Positions 30,901 through 38,511 of a DNA stretch of 64,000 bases are shown in pieces. A program made the position numbers and the translations under genes. The stretch comes from Candidatus Poribacteria bacterium. GTDB taxonomy: Bacteria > Poribacteria > WGA-4E > JAJDTR01. Position 1 is the first letter of the stretch, and each line of letters opens with the position of its first letter. The notes under the pieces were generated by a model, which saw only the letters and a program-made list of their open reading frames with translations, did not search any database and had not been told where the DNA came from. The stretch is taken from the NCBI GenBank assembly GCA_965232535.1, contig CBDDPW010000007.1:199662-263661 (forward strand). The letters run 5' to 3'.

Positions 30901-31721
30901 AACAAATTGACCAAGACCTCAAAAGCATTTTCCCGCCGCGCGATGTTATGCTTTCTTAAAATTGTTCGGAATTGATGGTATTTTCCTTCTTTATCAACGG
31001 CATCAAGGGCTTTAGTGTCTTCTGATAAGGTATAGTTACTCTTGCCGATCTGGTAGGCTTGAATATTCTCTTCGAAGATACCGCTCTCCGTATATTCCAA
31101 TTCGTAGGTGTCACGCCACACGGCGAAGCGATCTTTAACATCAGTCACGCTGGCAAAAGAGAGTAACTTCGCATTCTGTTCTAAAATCTCGGCATTGTCG
31201 CAATGAGAAATGATTCGGTGGTCAATCCGAATGTCATTTTCGATTAGGTTCGAGGTGTAGAGACATAGGTATTGCACTTCAGCGATTTGTTGTGCGTAAC
31301 TAAACAGTTGGGCACCATCGTGCTTCGTGTTCTCCCATGCCTTTTCAAATTCAGCACCGGGGGTTTTACATTCAATAAGTATCAATGGGTCGTTCGCGTG
31401 ATTCTTAACCAATATGTCGGCACGCCCGCCACTGGAACCGTGCCCAACCTTCCACTTGGGTTCAAGTTCCAAATGCTCTGGTTTGTAGCCTTTTTCTAAT
31501 ACGCGGTGCACACATTCGAGCACGACAAAATTTTCGTTTCGCAAGAAATTGCAGATCTGACGTTCATTGACTTTTAATCTTCTGTATTCGGGATAGACGA
31601 TCTGCCCATTTTGAAAGTCAACTTTCAGTTCGACATCGCCGATCGATTTTTGGAATAGGTCGCCATGCGCTGTGAAGCCCAGCACTCTGAGAACATTCTT
31701 TAGATTGGTTTTTGATATCAT
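27930..31721 (-). CDS. single-polypeptide restriction-modification-specificity enzyme (AloI/CjeI/TstI-like Type IIB, or Type IIG)
   Basis: 1,263 aa with three modules. The N-terminal PD-(D/E)xK nuclease module is 'GGRADILV...LILIECK'. The central gamma-class N6-adenine methyltransferase has motif I 'IDFACGAGHF' and motif IV 'VANPPFAVEG'. The C-terminal part has two HsdS-like target-recognition domains, each followed by a conserved helix ('LEVQQHIVYEC...' and 'ASQLVAEIKQLEIEITQTQAVIDNAVDRKNAIL'). Confidence 0.8.
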   Translation of the reverse strand: MISKTNLKNVLRVLGFTAHGDLFQKSIGDVELKVDFQNGQIVYPEYRRLKVNERQICNFLRNENFVVLECVHRVLEKGYKPEHLELEPKWKVGHGSSGGRADILVKNHANDPLILIECKTPGAEFEKAWENTKHDGAQLFSYAQQIAEVQYLCLYTSNLIENDIRIDHRIISHCDNAEILEQNAKLLSFASVTDVKDRFAVWRDTYELEYTESGIFEENIQAYQIGKSNYTLSEDTKALDAVDKEGKYHQFRTILRKHNIARRENAFEVLVNLFLCKIVDEEENKTDLKFYWKGIASDNYFDFVDRLQDLYQKGMRKYLNEEISYISNEQIDSAFWTIKNKSNATKKQIQAYFRELKFFTNSAFSFLDTHNENLFTKNAKVLLEIVQMWQGVQLKTDCPNQFLGDMFEYFLDNSIKQSEGQFFTPLPICKFIVASLPLSQMIEHGSEPIKAIDFACGAGHFLTEYAHQIAPLVEAQGANPSDYYTQIIGIEKEDRLAKVAKVASYMYGQEQIKILDADALASHSEVPLANFDVLVANPPFAVEGFLQTLSEEDKKQYQLVEATGQNSNTNSIQCFFIERIHHLLAPGGVAGVIVPSSILSNSDAVNVRTRELILQFFDIVSIAELGGGTFGKTATNTAVLFLRRKTQKPEVAEHYTNRVNDFFEGDMEDNAYQDSYLIQAYCNHIEVPYEQYIKLFAQTNLEQPAELLQYDVFKTYQQDFDASAKIKNRKKSKTFRMLTTAEQDAEIESSFIAYLHTKEKDKLLYFILAHEQENSVLIVNAPNTVKERKQFLGYEWSDAKGSEGIKYNDGETVNDIITPLFDPKDLDNRQKINTAIKRNFVLETIDEVPPNCRYAKLTDMLDFSRKNFNKAINLNPREQIQDTMQSAINAGYEIRKLGEITKIIRGVTYSKNDESVTPTSKIILTADNITIDGTFALKKQIFLRDSVKLDDEKRLMANDLFVCFSSGSRKHVGKMAYIKNNTQFYAGGFMAILRTRNSGFLNHYLFELLNIPAYKTIIKNTCTGSNINNLSGTLKEIKIPVPPLEVQQHIVYECGAVDEETENCQEVVATKKQRIQDLITSAERTSTLNQVVYRLPDIINPIEKHGSVINVGLEHIESQTGALVGDPQSDFSKIKSHKNVFRKGDILYGKLRPNLNKVYLASIDGICSTDILVLRPFEPTISMFYKHFLLSEEFNSDVLGTVAGQQLPRTSWEKIERIPVPEPDIASQLVAEIKQLEIEITQTQAVIDNAVDRKNAILAHYLF

Positions 31722-31757
31722 GTTTCGTATGTACGGTGGCTACCGTGTGCACTATCT

Positions 31758-32414
31758 TTAAGGAAGATGGTTGTCAATGAAGCCGCGAACACCGAGGACC
31801 ATCGTTAGTACCTCGGTAACTGTAAATGTACTAAAGCGGCCATGATCAGCATTGTTTCGGGTTTCTCCCCAAGCAGTGATTTGTTTGTTCTCGGATTTTG
31901 AAATCACTTCGATATTGTTTGAAGGCTGGTATAGCGCGTTCTGTAGCGTTGATATCGTCGTTTTCTGTGGATTATACCCGATATTTCCCGCATCACAAAT
32001 TCTTCTAAGTGCGTCCTCTAGTGCTGCGCCGGCGAGAAACGCGCCAATCGCAAGTTGAATTTGCTTTTGTGATCCATCACTTGTTCTGTCTGCAGCCTGA
32101 ACACGTTCCTGCGCGACATCAAGAATGTCACCTTCTATCTCGTGGGCGATAGCCAGCCGTGGACTCGGGAGCATGCCATCATCGTAAAGCGCTACTATTC
32201 CTCTAATAACGCCAACAGCAGGGAACGAATTACCCGACTTGAGCACATTGTCGAGAACAGAAATAAGAGGGTGGTTTCGGCCCATGGTTTCATAGAGAAT
32301 TGATTGCGCGAGGGCAGCGGCTTCTAAAATCCAGTGTGTGTCATCCGCGTGACGACTGTAATTAGGTATTCTCTCGATTTGGGCTGCTATTGCTGTGTTT
32401 TCGGTTAAATTCAC
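31758..32414 (-). CDS. hypothetical protein with C-terminal RNxxxH (HEPN-like) motif
   Basis: 218 aa, all-helical in appearance. The C-terminal 'WGETRNNADHGRF' matches the Rx4H HEPN signature. The stop is 36 nt upstream of the R-M-S start on the same strand. Confidence 0.4.
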   Translation of the reverse strand: MNLTENTAIAAQIERIPNYSRHADDTHWILEAAALAQSILYETMGRNHPLISVLDNVLKSGNSFPAVGVIRGIVALYDDGMLPSPRLAIAHEIEGDILDVAQERVQAADRTSDGSQKQIQLAIGAFLAGAALEDALRRICDAGNIGYNPQKTTISTLQNALYQPSNNIEVISKSENKQITAWGETRNNADHGRFSTFTVTEVLTMVLGVRGFIDNHLP

Positions 32415-32518
32415 GGTAAAGTCTGCCCTCCTATTAAAAGATATGTTTTCCTATGAATTAGGTTCTGAACCTGAAGCGCGATAGCCAAATCTTCGGAGAT
32501 GAATGTCATTATTTCGTC

Positions 32519-32797
32519 TTACCGCCGAGCGGATAGCCTTTGAAACGCTAGTTGGGCGTTCTTGGCGTTAAAGGCTTCAACGCGTTCCTGCCAAGAGAAT
32601 TTGCTTGACCACTTGCCGATTTGAGACAGCGAGCGCTTCTTTCCGTCAACCGTGTGCCCGGAGATCGAACACAGGAAACGCTTTCCGCGGGCGTCGCGAT
32701 ATAGCTCGAAATACCTGCAGGCGAGAGGAGACTCGCGGGGAACTTGGGAGTCAAATTTTACTACAAATTGACCATCGGTGATTTCGCCGTTTTTCAT
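32519..32797 (-). CDS. hypothetical small basic protein
   Basis: 92-aa ORF at the head of the minus-strand island. No recognisable motif. Confidence 0.3.
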   Translation of the reverse strand: MKNGEITDGQFVVKFDSQVPRESPLACRYFELYRDARGKRFLCSISGHTVDGKKRSLSQIGKWSSKFSWQERVEAFNAKNAQLAFQRLSARR

Positions 32798-33402
32798 GTC
32801 GGTTTAATGAGTTAAGGTGACAGCCAGCGGCACGCGATCGCGTTTGATTGGCGCGGTTAATGCTCGGCATTGACCACGAAAGTTTCAAGCACGGATTTGA
32901 TTCACTAGATGATATGGGGGTGTATACAAATACCCCGTGGAAAATTGAAAGTTACGGGTGAGGGGAGCGGGTTAGTTATCATACGTGTTACACCTTAACG
33001 GACATTTAGTTTCATTTTATCCAGTCTTTAAATCTAAGTCCATTAAATGTAAGTTACTTTCGATCAATCACTAATTTTCATGTAGTTGAATTTATATGCG
33101 ATTGAGCAAGAACTCAAGCAAATATCACACTTGCTATTGATTCACAATTAAGCGTATAATTGAAATGGTACAGGTTGCTAGGAGGTATCGCCGACAGGGA
33201 CGAAACAGGAATTGAGCCTGACCTCAAGACCCACTCATTGCAACCTGTGCCATTATTATATCACATCAATTTCCCTTCCTTTGGAATTTCAGATCGATTG
33301 CTTCATAGTTCCCATTCCTACCGCAAAGTAGCTATCAAGATTTTACTTGACAGAGTATTTTTCTTATCTGCAGTATAATTAGACATTATGATGGGGATTG
33401 AC

Positions 33403-33479
33403 TTACCCCCAATGTTTAGACAGTCATGAACGAAAATATAGATGTAACAGTTAGCAAATCCGGTTACGTTTCAACGCCT
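33403..33479. repeat. 77-bp solo copy of the sequence that lies just outside IS3 orfB at 62845-62921
   Basis: Ungapped alignment with 62845-62921. The first 21 nt 'ttacccccaatgtttagacag' are identical. Shared blocks follow: 'atgaacgaa', 'aatccgg' and 'tacgtttcaacgcct'. The middle is diverged. Confidence 0.75.
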
Positions 33480-33633
33480 GAACATTGCGATTTTGTCAGA
33501 ACCAAATCCACGTTAATGTACAGGATGGTTTTTAGGGGAAACTACAGAATTTTAAGGGGACGGCGCAAAGATGTGTGATAACAATGTCGAGATTTACAGG
33601 CAGCTCTATGAAAATATAAGATGGTATATGAGA

Positions 33634-34459
33634 CTAGGTTCTGTTGACATTTTAACGGAGCCAGATAAGAGAGGAGACAAAACTCAGAAATCCAAAATAA
33701 CGGGCAGCTAGCTTCTCGAAACGAGAAAAGATACGACGATACCATTTCATCTTGTTGATGAAACATTCGACCAGATGTCTCTCTTTGTATAAATGTTCGT
33801 CGTATGTTCTTTGATCCACACGATTACTCCGAGGCGGTATCACCGCAGTTGCGCCATTCGCCTCAATAACGTCGACAAAATCGTCTGAGTCGTACCCTTT
33901 GTCTCCAATTACATACGTACTGTTATATCCGATTATCAACGCTTCAGCCTCAACTATGTCGTTTCTCTGACCGGGTGTCAAATGCATTCTAAGAGGATTA
34001 CCCAGTCCGTCAACTGTGATGTGAATTTTTGTACTGAAGCCGCCTCGAGAGCGCCCTAACGCTTGGTTTTCAGTGCCCCCCTTTTTTTTAAGGCACCAGC
34101 CGCACACGGGTGAGCCCGGCAAATGGTACTGTCAACAATAAGCGACTCCATATCGGGGTCAGAGGCAAAGTGGTGGTGCATCTGTGTGAAGACCCCTTTA
34201 TCACACCACCGCGCAAACCGCTTGTAAAGGGAGTTCCAATTGCCATAGGGGGTTGGCAAAAGCCTCCACTGGGCACCACTACGAGTCACCCACAGCACAG
34301 CCTCGACGAATCGGCGAGTTGCTGCTTCGTTGCGGACATAGATGTTGGAACAGCTTAGAAGAAACTGGTATAGTTTTTCCCATTGGTCATCAGGTAAGGT
34401 TATTGGCATCATTCTTCTATTATTCCACAACCTTATACCCAAATGTCAACAGAACCTAG
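33634..34459 (-). mobile_element. IS5-family insertion sequence (IS427-like group), 826 bp including the flanking CTAGs
   Basis: Terminal inverted repeats 'ctaggttctgttgacattt' (33634-33652) and 'aaatgtcaacagaacctag' (34441-34459). CTAG is present at both ends, either as a 4-bp duplication or as the outermost IR bases. There are two overlapping transposase frames. Confidence 0.85.
33652..34412 (-). CDS. IS5-family DDE transposase, expressed by programmed -1 frameshift
   Basis: orfA reads 'MPITLPDDQWEKLYQFL...AQWRLLP...YKRFARW'. orfB reads 'GRSRGGFSTKIHITVDGLGNP...TPGQRNDI...GDKGYDSD'. orfB is in the -1 frame relative to orfA. The slippery run is A8G6 on the coding strand (plus-strand T8 at 34082-34089, C6 at 34076-34081). 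Confidence 0.85.
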
Positions 34460-35353
34460 AATGGCAATTATTCAAAGCAGCATTGATAATAGGATTTATA
34501 GTATTAACAATTAGGGTTACGGACGAGAAACATTCCCCTGAATGGTGGCAGTGCGTTGTTAGTTATATTTGCTTCTTTATTTTTGCAATACTCATGACGA
34601 TAGTCTCGCGTGTTCGGATTTACTGTAGCGAAAGACTCAAAATCATAGCGAATGATGTAGGAGATGATGAGTTTGCCTATCTACATATGAAAAGCTCTCC
34701 AATGTCTATGATTGCCCGAATACTTCTGGTTTTGCTTGGTTGTACAGTTGCTATTATTGGTTTACGCATGCCTGAAGATGATGCTCAAGATTATGGTCTA
34801 ATGATGACAATAGCCATTGGGTTTTGCTCATTCTATATTATCTATACGGGATGGGAAATAGTGGAGACATATGCTTTAAAACCTAAAAGGCAAAGGTAGC
34901 AACTTGTTACAAAAAGAATAGCAACTGGGCACATTTGGGTGTTTCTACACACCTGCTACCCCCTAGGAGAGAGTTTGAATAGTCGGTCGCAATACTTTTT
35001 AGTCAATTGAAAACAGTTTTTTTGTTTGTGAAATTGCCCGTTATGTTCCTGTAAGATCTCGATCGCACAGGATACCAGAGGTAGCATGAAATCAGAAATC
35101 GCTGCCGGCTTTTTCGGCGGTCTAACAAACGACCATACGGTTAAAATCCCCTACGCTTGTGAGGAGCGCGTGATTGATACCGTTAAGCCTCGGAAGAAAT
35201 CTTGGGCCTCCAAATCGCGCATGGGATACCCGACGATGTATGAACTCTAAATAACCTAAAAAGGTTTTGCCCTTCCGCGGTGTAAACAAGCTCTAAACGA
35301 CCTTGTTCCAAACGTCAATCTAATGTCTCAACTGTTTAGAAATGCAATCACGG

Positions 35354-35495
35354 TTTCATAACACAATTTCATAACAACGTCTTTACAGCCGTGATGTCGA
35401 AACTGTCATGAAGCTAGTCATAGCAAGAGTTTTCACCCGTTCCTGGTCCTTACTGGGTATGCCTGTTTGTTATGAAAGTTATGAAAAGTATGAAA
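35354..35495. repeat. 9-mer iteron-like cluster: 3 tandem copies plus 2 inverted copies
   Basis: 'gttatgaaa' occurs at 35469 and 35478, and 'agtatgaaa' at 35487, with no gap between the three. The reverse complement 'tttcataac' occurs at 35354 and 35367 (13-bp period). The cluster lies in a gene-poor stretch downstream of the MBL gene. Confidence 0.6.
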
Positions 35496-35619
35496 TTTCG
35501 TGGGACTACCAAACGGCATCTTTCGGGGCACACCTAGAATTTTCAAACAGGCTCTTAAGGATTGCGAATCTTGCACGTGTCACGGGGTTGCCGCATGCCG
35601 CAAAGCACAAACAGCTCCT

Positions 35620-36486
35620 TCAGCCATCCAACACTAATCTCAGCCCGTCAAACGCCACACGATAGCCGCGTCTAACTGCATACTCGTCAAGCTCATCGTG
35701 TTCCAAGTTTCCCTCGTGAGAGATGTGAGTCGCATAAACTACCCCGTTGTCCTTGAGCAATCCACTTCCGCGGAATCGATCAGCGTGAGCAATCACATCT
35801 CGTGCTCCCAGATGGTCTTCAGGTCTTGACTCAAGACCAATTCCATAGGTGTGATCGAGAACGATTAAGTCATACCGAGTGTGGTGGAGAATAAGATGCT
35901 CCCAAACCTCTTCGGACAGAACCGATGTGTCGGTACCATAGAATACTGCATGGTCCCCTTGCTCTATCGAATAGAGCAGCGATGCTTGATTCGTGGCGTG
36001 GTTGGCAGGATATCCGGTTACGCGGTAGTTACCTATCGTACACGCCTCGTACGGCGCAACAGTTAGCACATTCATCTTCAGCGCCGCCTGTGTGTCAAGC
36101 TCGAAAATGCTCCCATATTCACATCTTCGACACATAATCTCATCGACAACTTTCAGGGTTTCACCGGAGCCGACAAAGAGCAAATCACAAGAGACTATTG
36201 TCCCGTATTCTGCGTATCTAGAGATGATGAACTCGGCATCAAAATGGTCTTCGTGAGCGTGCGTTTGTAGACAGACGTTGATGCCGGCGAGAGAAAGATT
36301 GTGCTCGTATGACGCGGTTACTATGTCGGGTCCGATGTCTACAAGCAAATCATCGTTTATGATGATTGATGATCGCCGGCGCAGGTTTTTCCCGCCGACC
36401 CTTCTGGCATTCGTGCACACGTGGCAGGTGCAGAACGGACTTGGCATGGATGGCGCCGCTCCTGTTCCGAGAAAGGTCACTTGCAT
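35620..36486 (-). CDS. MBL-fold metallo-hydrolase (PhnP-like)
   Basis: 288 aa with 'LQTHAHEDHF' (HxHxDH) and an N-terminal Cys cluster 'FCTCHVC', as in PhnP-type phosphodiesterases. Confidence 0.8.
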   Translation of the reverse strand: MQVTFLGTGAAPSMPSPFCTCHVCTNARRVGGKNLRRRSSIIINDDLLVDIGPDIVTASYEHNLSLAGINVCLQTHAHEDHFDAEFIISRYAEYGTIVSCDLLFVGSGETLKVVDEIMCRRCEYGSIFELDTQAALKMNVLTVAPYEACTIGNYRVTGYPANHATNQASLLYSIEQGDHAVFYGTDTSVLSEEVWEHLILHHTRYDLIVLDHTYGIGLESRPEDHLGARDVIAHADRFRGSGLLKDNGVVYATHISHEGNLEHDELDEYAVRRGYRVAFDGLRLVLDG

Positions 36487-36575
36487 CTGTTAGGCTGCCC
36501 TCCATTTTTCGTCCTCAATGGATACTTTCTGTTACTGCCGATAAAAGTGTGCCTGCCCGGGGCGGCAGTCAGATA

Positions 36576-37073
36576 TCAACTGCCTCTGTTGTTTGCAAGT
36601 TTCTGAAAGACATCCTGTGGCATGCCACGATCCAAATACGACATTGGGCATTCGTTCAGGAGAAACGAAATCTCATTCAGTGACAGTTTTGGTTCTATCA
36701 GTTCGTATTTCGCCTGAAATATGAAATCATTCATTGAGCCGGTTACTGACCGGTTGAGCGCCTTCGAAAAGCGGACGGCATCCATTGATGGAACGATGAA
36801 CTTCTCAAATATCGATTCATGTCCAGCCAAGCGCATGACATCGCGCATACGGTCTGTGACCTCCCCTAGGAACAACCGATCGTTTTTCAGTCCTCGTCCG
36901 AGCATGACTATGGAATAGAGCGAAATCGTGTTGGTAATGAGCACGTATTGGGTGCGGTCGACGGTGAACAGATTTGCCGACCAATCCGCAAATGGATTGG
37001 GATCGACTGGCAAAATCTTGTCCGGAGTCACATGTATCTTCTTGCCCAGTTTGGTCGAAATTCGAAATATCAT
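36576..37073 (-). CDS. hypothetical protein
   Basis: 165-aa ORF with protein-like composition. It is vaguely reminiscent of small DUF-only proteins (possibly DUF6933-like), but I cannot confirm that. Confidence 0.35.
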   Translation of the reverse strand: MIFRISTKLGKKIHVTPDKILPVDPNPFADWSANLFTVDRTQYVLITNTISLYSIVMLGRGLKNDRLFLGEVTDRMRDVMRLAGHESIFEKFIVPSMDAVRFSKALNRSVTGSMNDFIFQAKYELIEPKLSLNEISFLLNECPMSYLDRGMPQDVFQKLANNRGS

Positions 37074-37149
37074 TTGTTTGTCCTTGCATAGTGTTAGTCA
37101 CCAACATCGCCATGTTTTCTGCCGCTACCCGTAGGGTTTCATCAAATCC

Positions 37150-37521
37150 TTATACGTGTTGGTCAACAAGAATGGGATTACCGTCCGGGTCGACTACAAC
37201 AAAACTTCCCGGGCCTGAAACCTCTTCATCTGCTTCAGTCTCTATTTTGATACCCTTTGCCTTAAGCTGCCGTTGGAGTTCTCTGACATCAGTAAATGAA
37301 TCAAGTTTGGTGGCATTTTCGTCCCAACCCGGATTGAAAGTCAGGATGTTCTTTTCAAACATTCCTTGAAACAATCCAATCGTGCAACTATCATTTTTCA
37401 TAATGAGCCAATTCTGGGATTCATCGCCGCCAAAGACCTGAAAGCCAAGGTTCTCATAGAATGACTTTGAAGTCTGAATGTCTTTGACATTCAGACTAAC
37501 TGAGAATGCACCTAATTCCAT
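37150..37521 (-). CDS. VOC (glyoxalase) family protein
   Basis: 123 aa with '[24 protein letters not shown]' and '[13 protein letters not shown]'. Confidence 0.75.
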   Translation of the reverse strand: MELGAFSVSLNVKDIQTSKSFYENLGFQVFGGDESQNWLIMKNDSCTIGLFQGMFEKNILTFNPGWDENATKLDSFTDVRELQRQLKAKGIKIETEADEEVSGPGSFVVVDPDGNPILVDQHV

Positions 37522-37713
37522 GCTTCCTCCTTTAGATTTACTAACTTTTCTTTGCCCGTTTCGTAATATCTGAATTCTCTGGCGTCCATCGTGAGTTATT
37601 CCGATATGAACCCTTCACTCCACAACGATGTTATCAGCAAGTCCCCTCACGCCTATCCCATGCAACGGGAAGTATCCGTAACGGCATATCTGCAGTTATC
37701 GTATCCTTAATCC

Positions 37714-38461
37714 TCATGGAGGCGCACAATTGAACGCAACATCTCTGAATAACGCTGCCGTAGTTAATACAACTTCGTTCCAAAGCGTGCGTCCTAACTC
37801 AGCGCTCGCTTGGGTTGCGTCGCCAATGACACCAGTTTCCGAGTATTTCGTGAAATCGAGATGCGGATTATCCCAGTCCACGTTACCGGAGTTGGGTGGA
37901 GGGATTTTGTCGAGTCGGACCGTCTCCGGACGTCGATATAGGACGATTGAAGTCGCGAAGCTGTCGGCGTGGCCACACGGAACAGCGGGATTGCCTACAC
38001 GCAGCCAAATGTCACGGTACGGGGTGGTGGAAGGTGTGCCACGCATTGAGAATGAAATTTCGCATTGAACCTTTCTACCGCGCCCTGTAGCCGATGCTCT
38101 CCGCACCCTCGCCAGACAACGATGGCACTAAAGCCCTGTTCTGCGAGCGATACAAGCGTGAAATAAACGCATTCTTCATGAACCGAGTGCGGGAGGTTCA
38201 CATAGCCTGAGCCGAATCTTTATGTTCCGGCGTTGGACCAAATGGCATTGTCGGCAACACAAGGGCACGCACTTGATGAAATCGAGCAGCGTGCTGGGCA
38301 GCCGCCAAGGCAACAGTCTCAGCAAACCATGTGTCGAAATCTATCGGCAAGTGCGGTCCCTGCTGTTCGGTACAGCCTGTCGGTACGATCGCTAAGCAGC
38401 CTGCGTCAATGAAGGCCTTGATCTCCAAGTATGTATAATCTGTGAATTTGTAAGATTTCAT
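37714..38461 (-). pseudogene. creatininase (creatinine amidohydrolase) family gene, broken by two frameshifts
   Basis: Three consecutive minus-strand ORFs in different frames together cover one creatininase-family protein. 38198-38461 has 'IVPTGCTEQQGPHLPIDFD'. 37995-38201 has '...EQGFSAIVVWRGCGEH'. 37714-38106 has 'PCGHADSFATSIVLYRRPETV'. Confidence 0.7.
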
Positions 38462-38511
38462 TCGGTCAAGCTTATGTTGCCGATGCAGCGCGGTTTTGCG
38501 TCACGCTCTGA

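Larger units (their letters stand above)
33571..34899 (+). pseudogene. small multi-pass membrane protein gene interrupted by the IS5-family element
   Basis: The ATG at 33571 opens MCDNNVEIYRQLYENIRWYMRL, ending at the CTA at 33634-33636. After the IS, the CTA at 34456 continues in the same codon phase (LEWQLFKAALIIGFIVL...) to the stop at 34899. Removing the IS and one CTAG copy gives an uninterrupted ORF of about 168 aa with 4 hydrophobic segments. Confidence 0.75.

Noticed and set aside
27930-31721. The orphan HsdR at 56285-59392 might be the missing partner of the M+S-containing fusion protein at 27930-31721, forming a split Type I system.
   Set aside because: The fusion protein carries its own N-terminal PD-(D/E)xK nuclease and matches the self-contained AloI-type architecture. 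The genes are 25 kb apart in compositionally different DNA. hsdR is packed against other genes. This is not formally excluded without biochemistry.
33160-33378. 72-aa ORF (TTG start) over the stem-loop region.
   Set aside because: It has a non-canonical start, no motif, and is spanned by a long inverted repeat. It is better explained as non-coding.
35408-35665. 85-aa plus-strand ORF downstream of the MBL gene.
   Set aside because: Its distinctive 'CYESYEKYE' segment is just the translation of the tandem 9-mer repeat. Its 3' end overlaps the MBL gene on the opposite strand. There is no RBS.
26370-37521. The two VOC/glyoxalase genes (26370-26759 and 37150-37521) might be duplicated island boundaries.
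   Set aside because: The two proteins are only distantly related at the sequence level. There are no flanking direct repeats.
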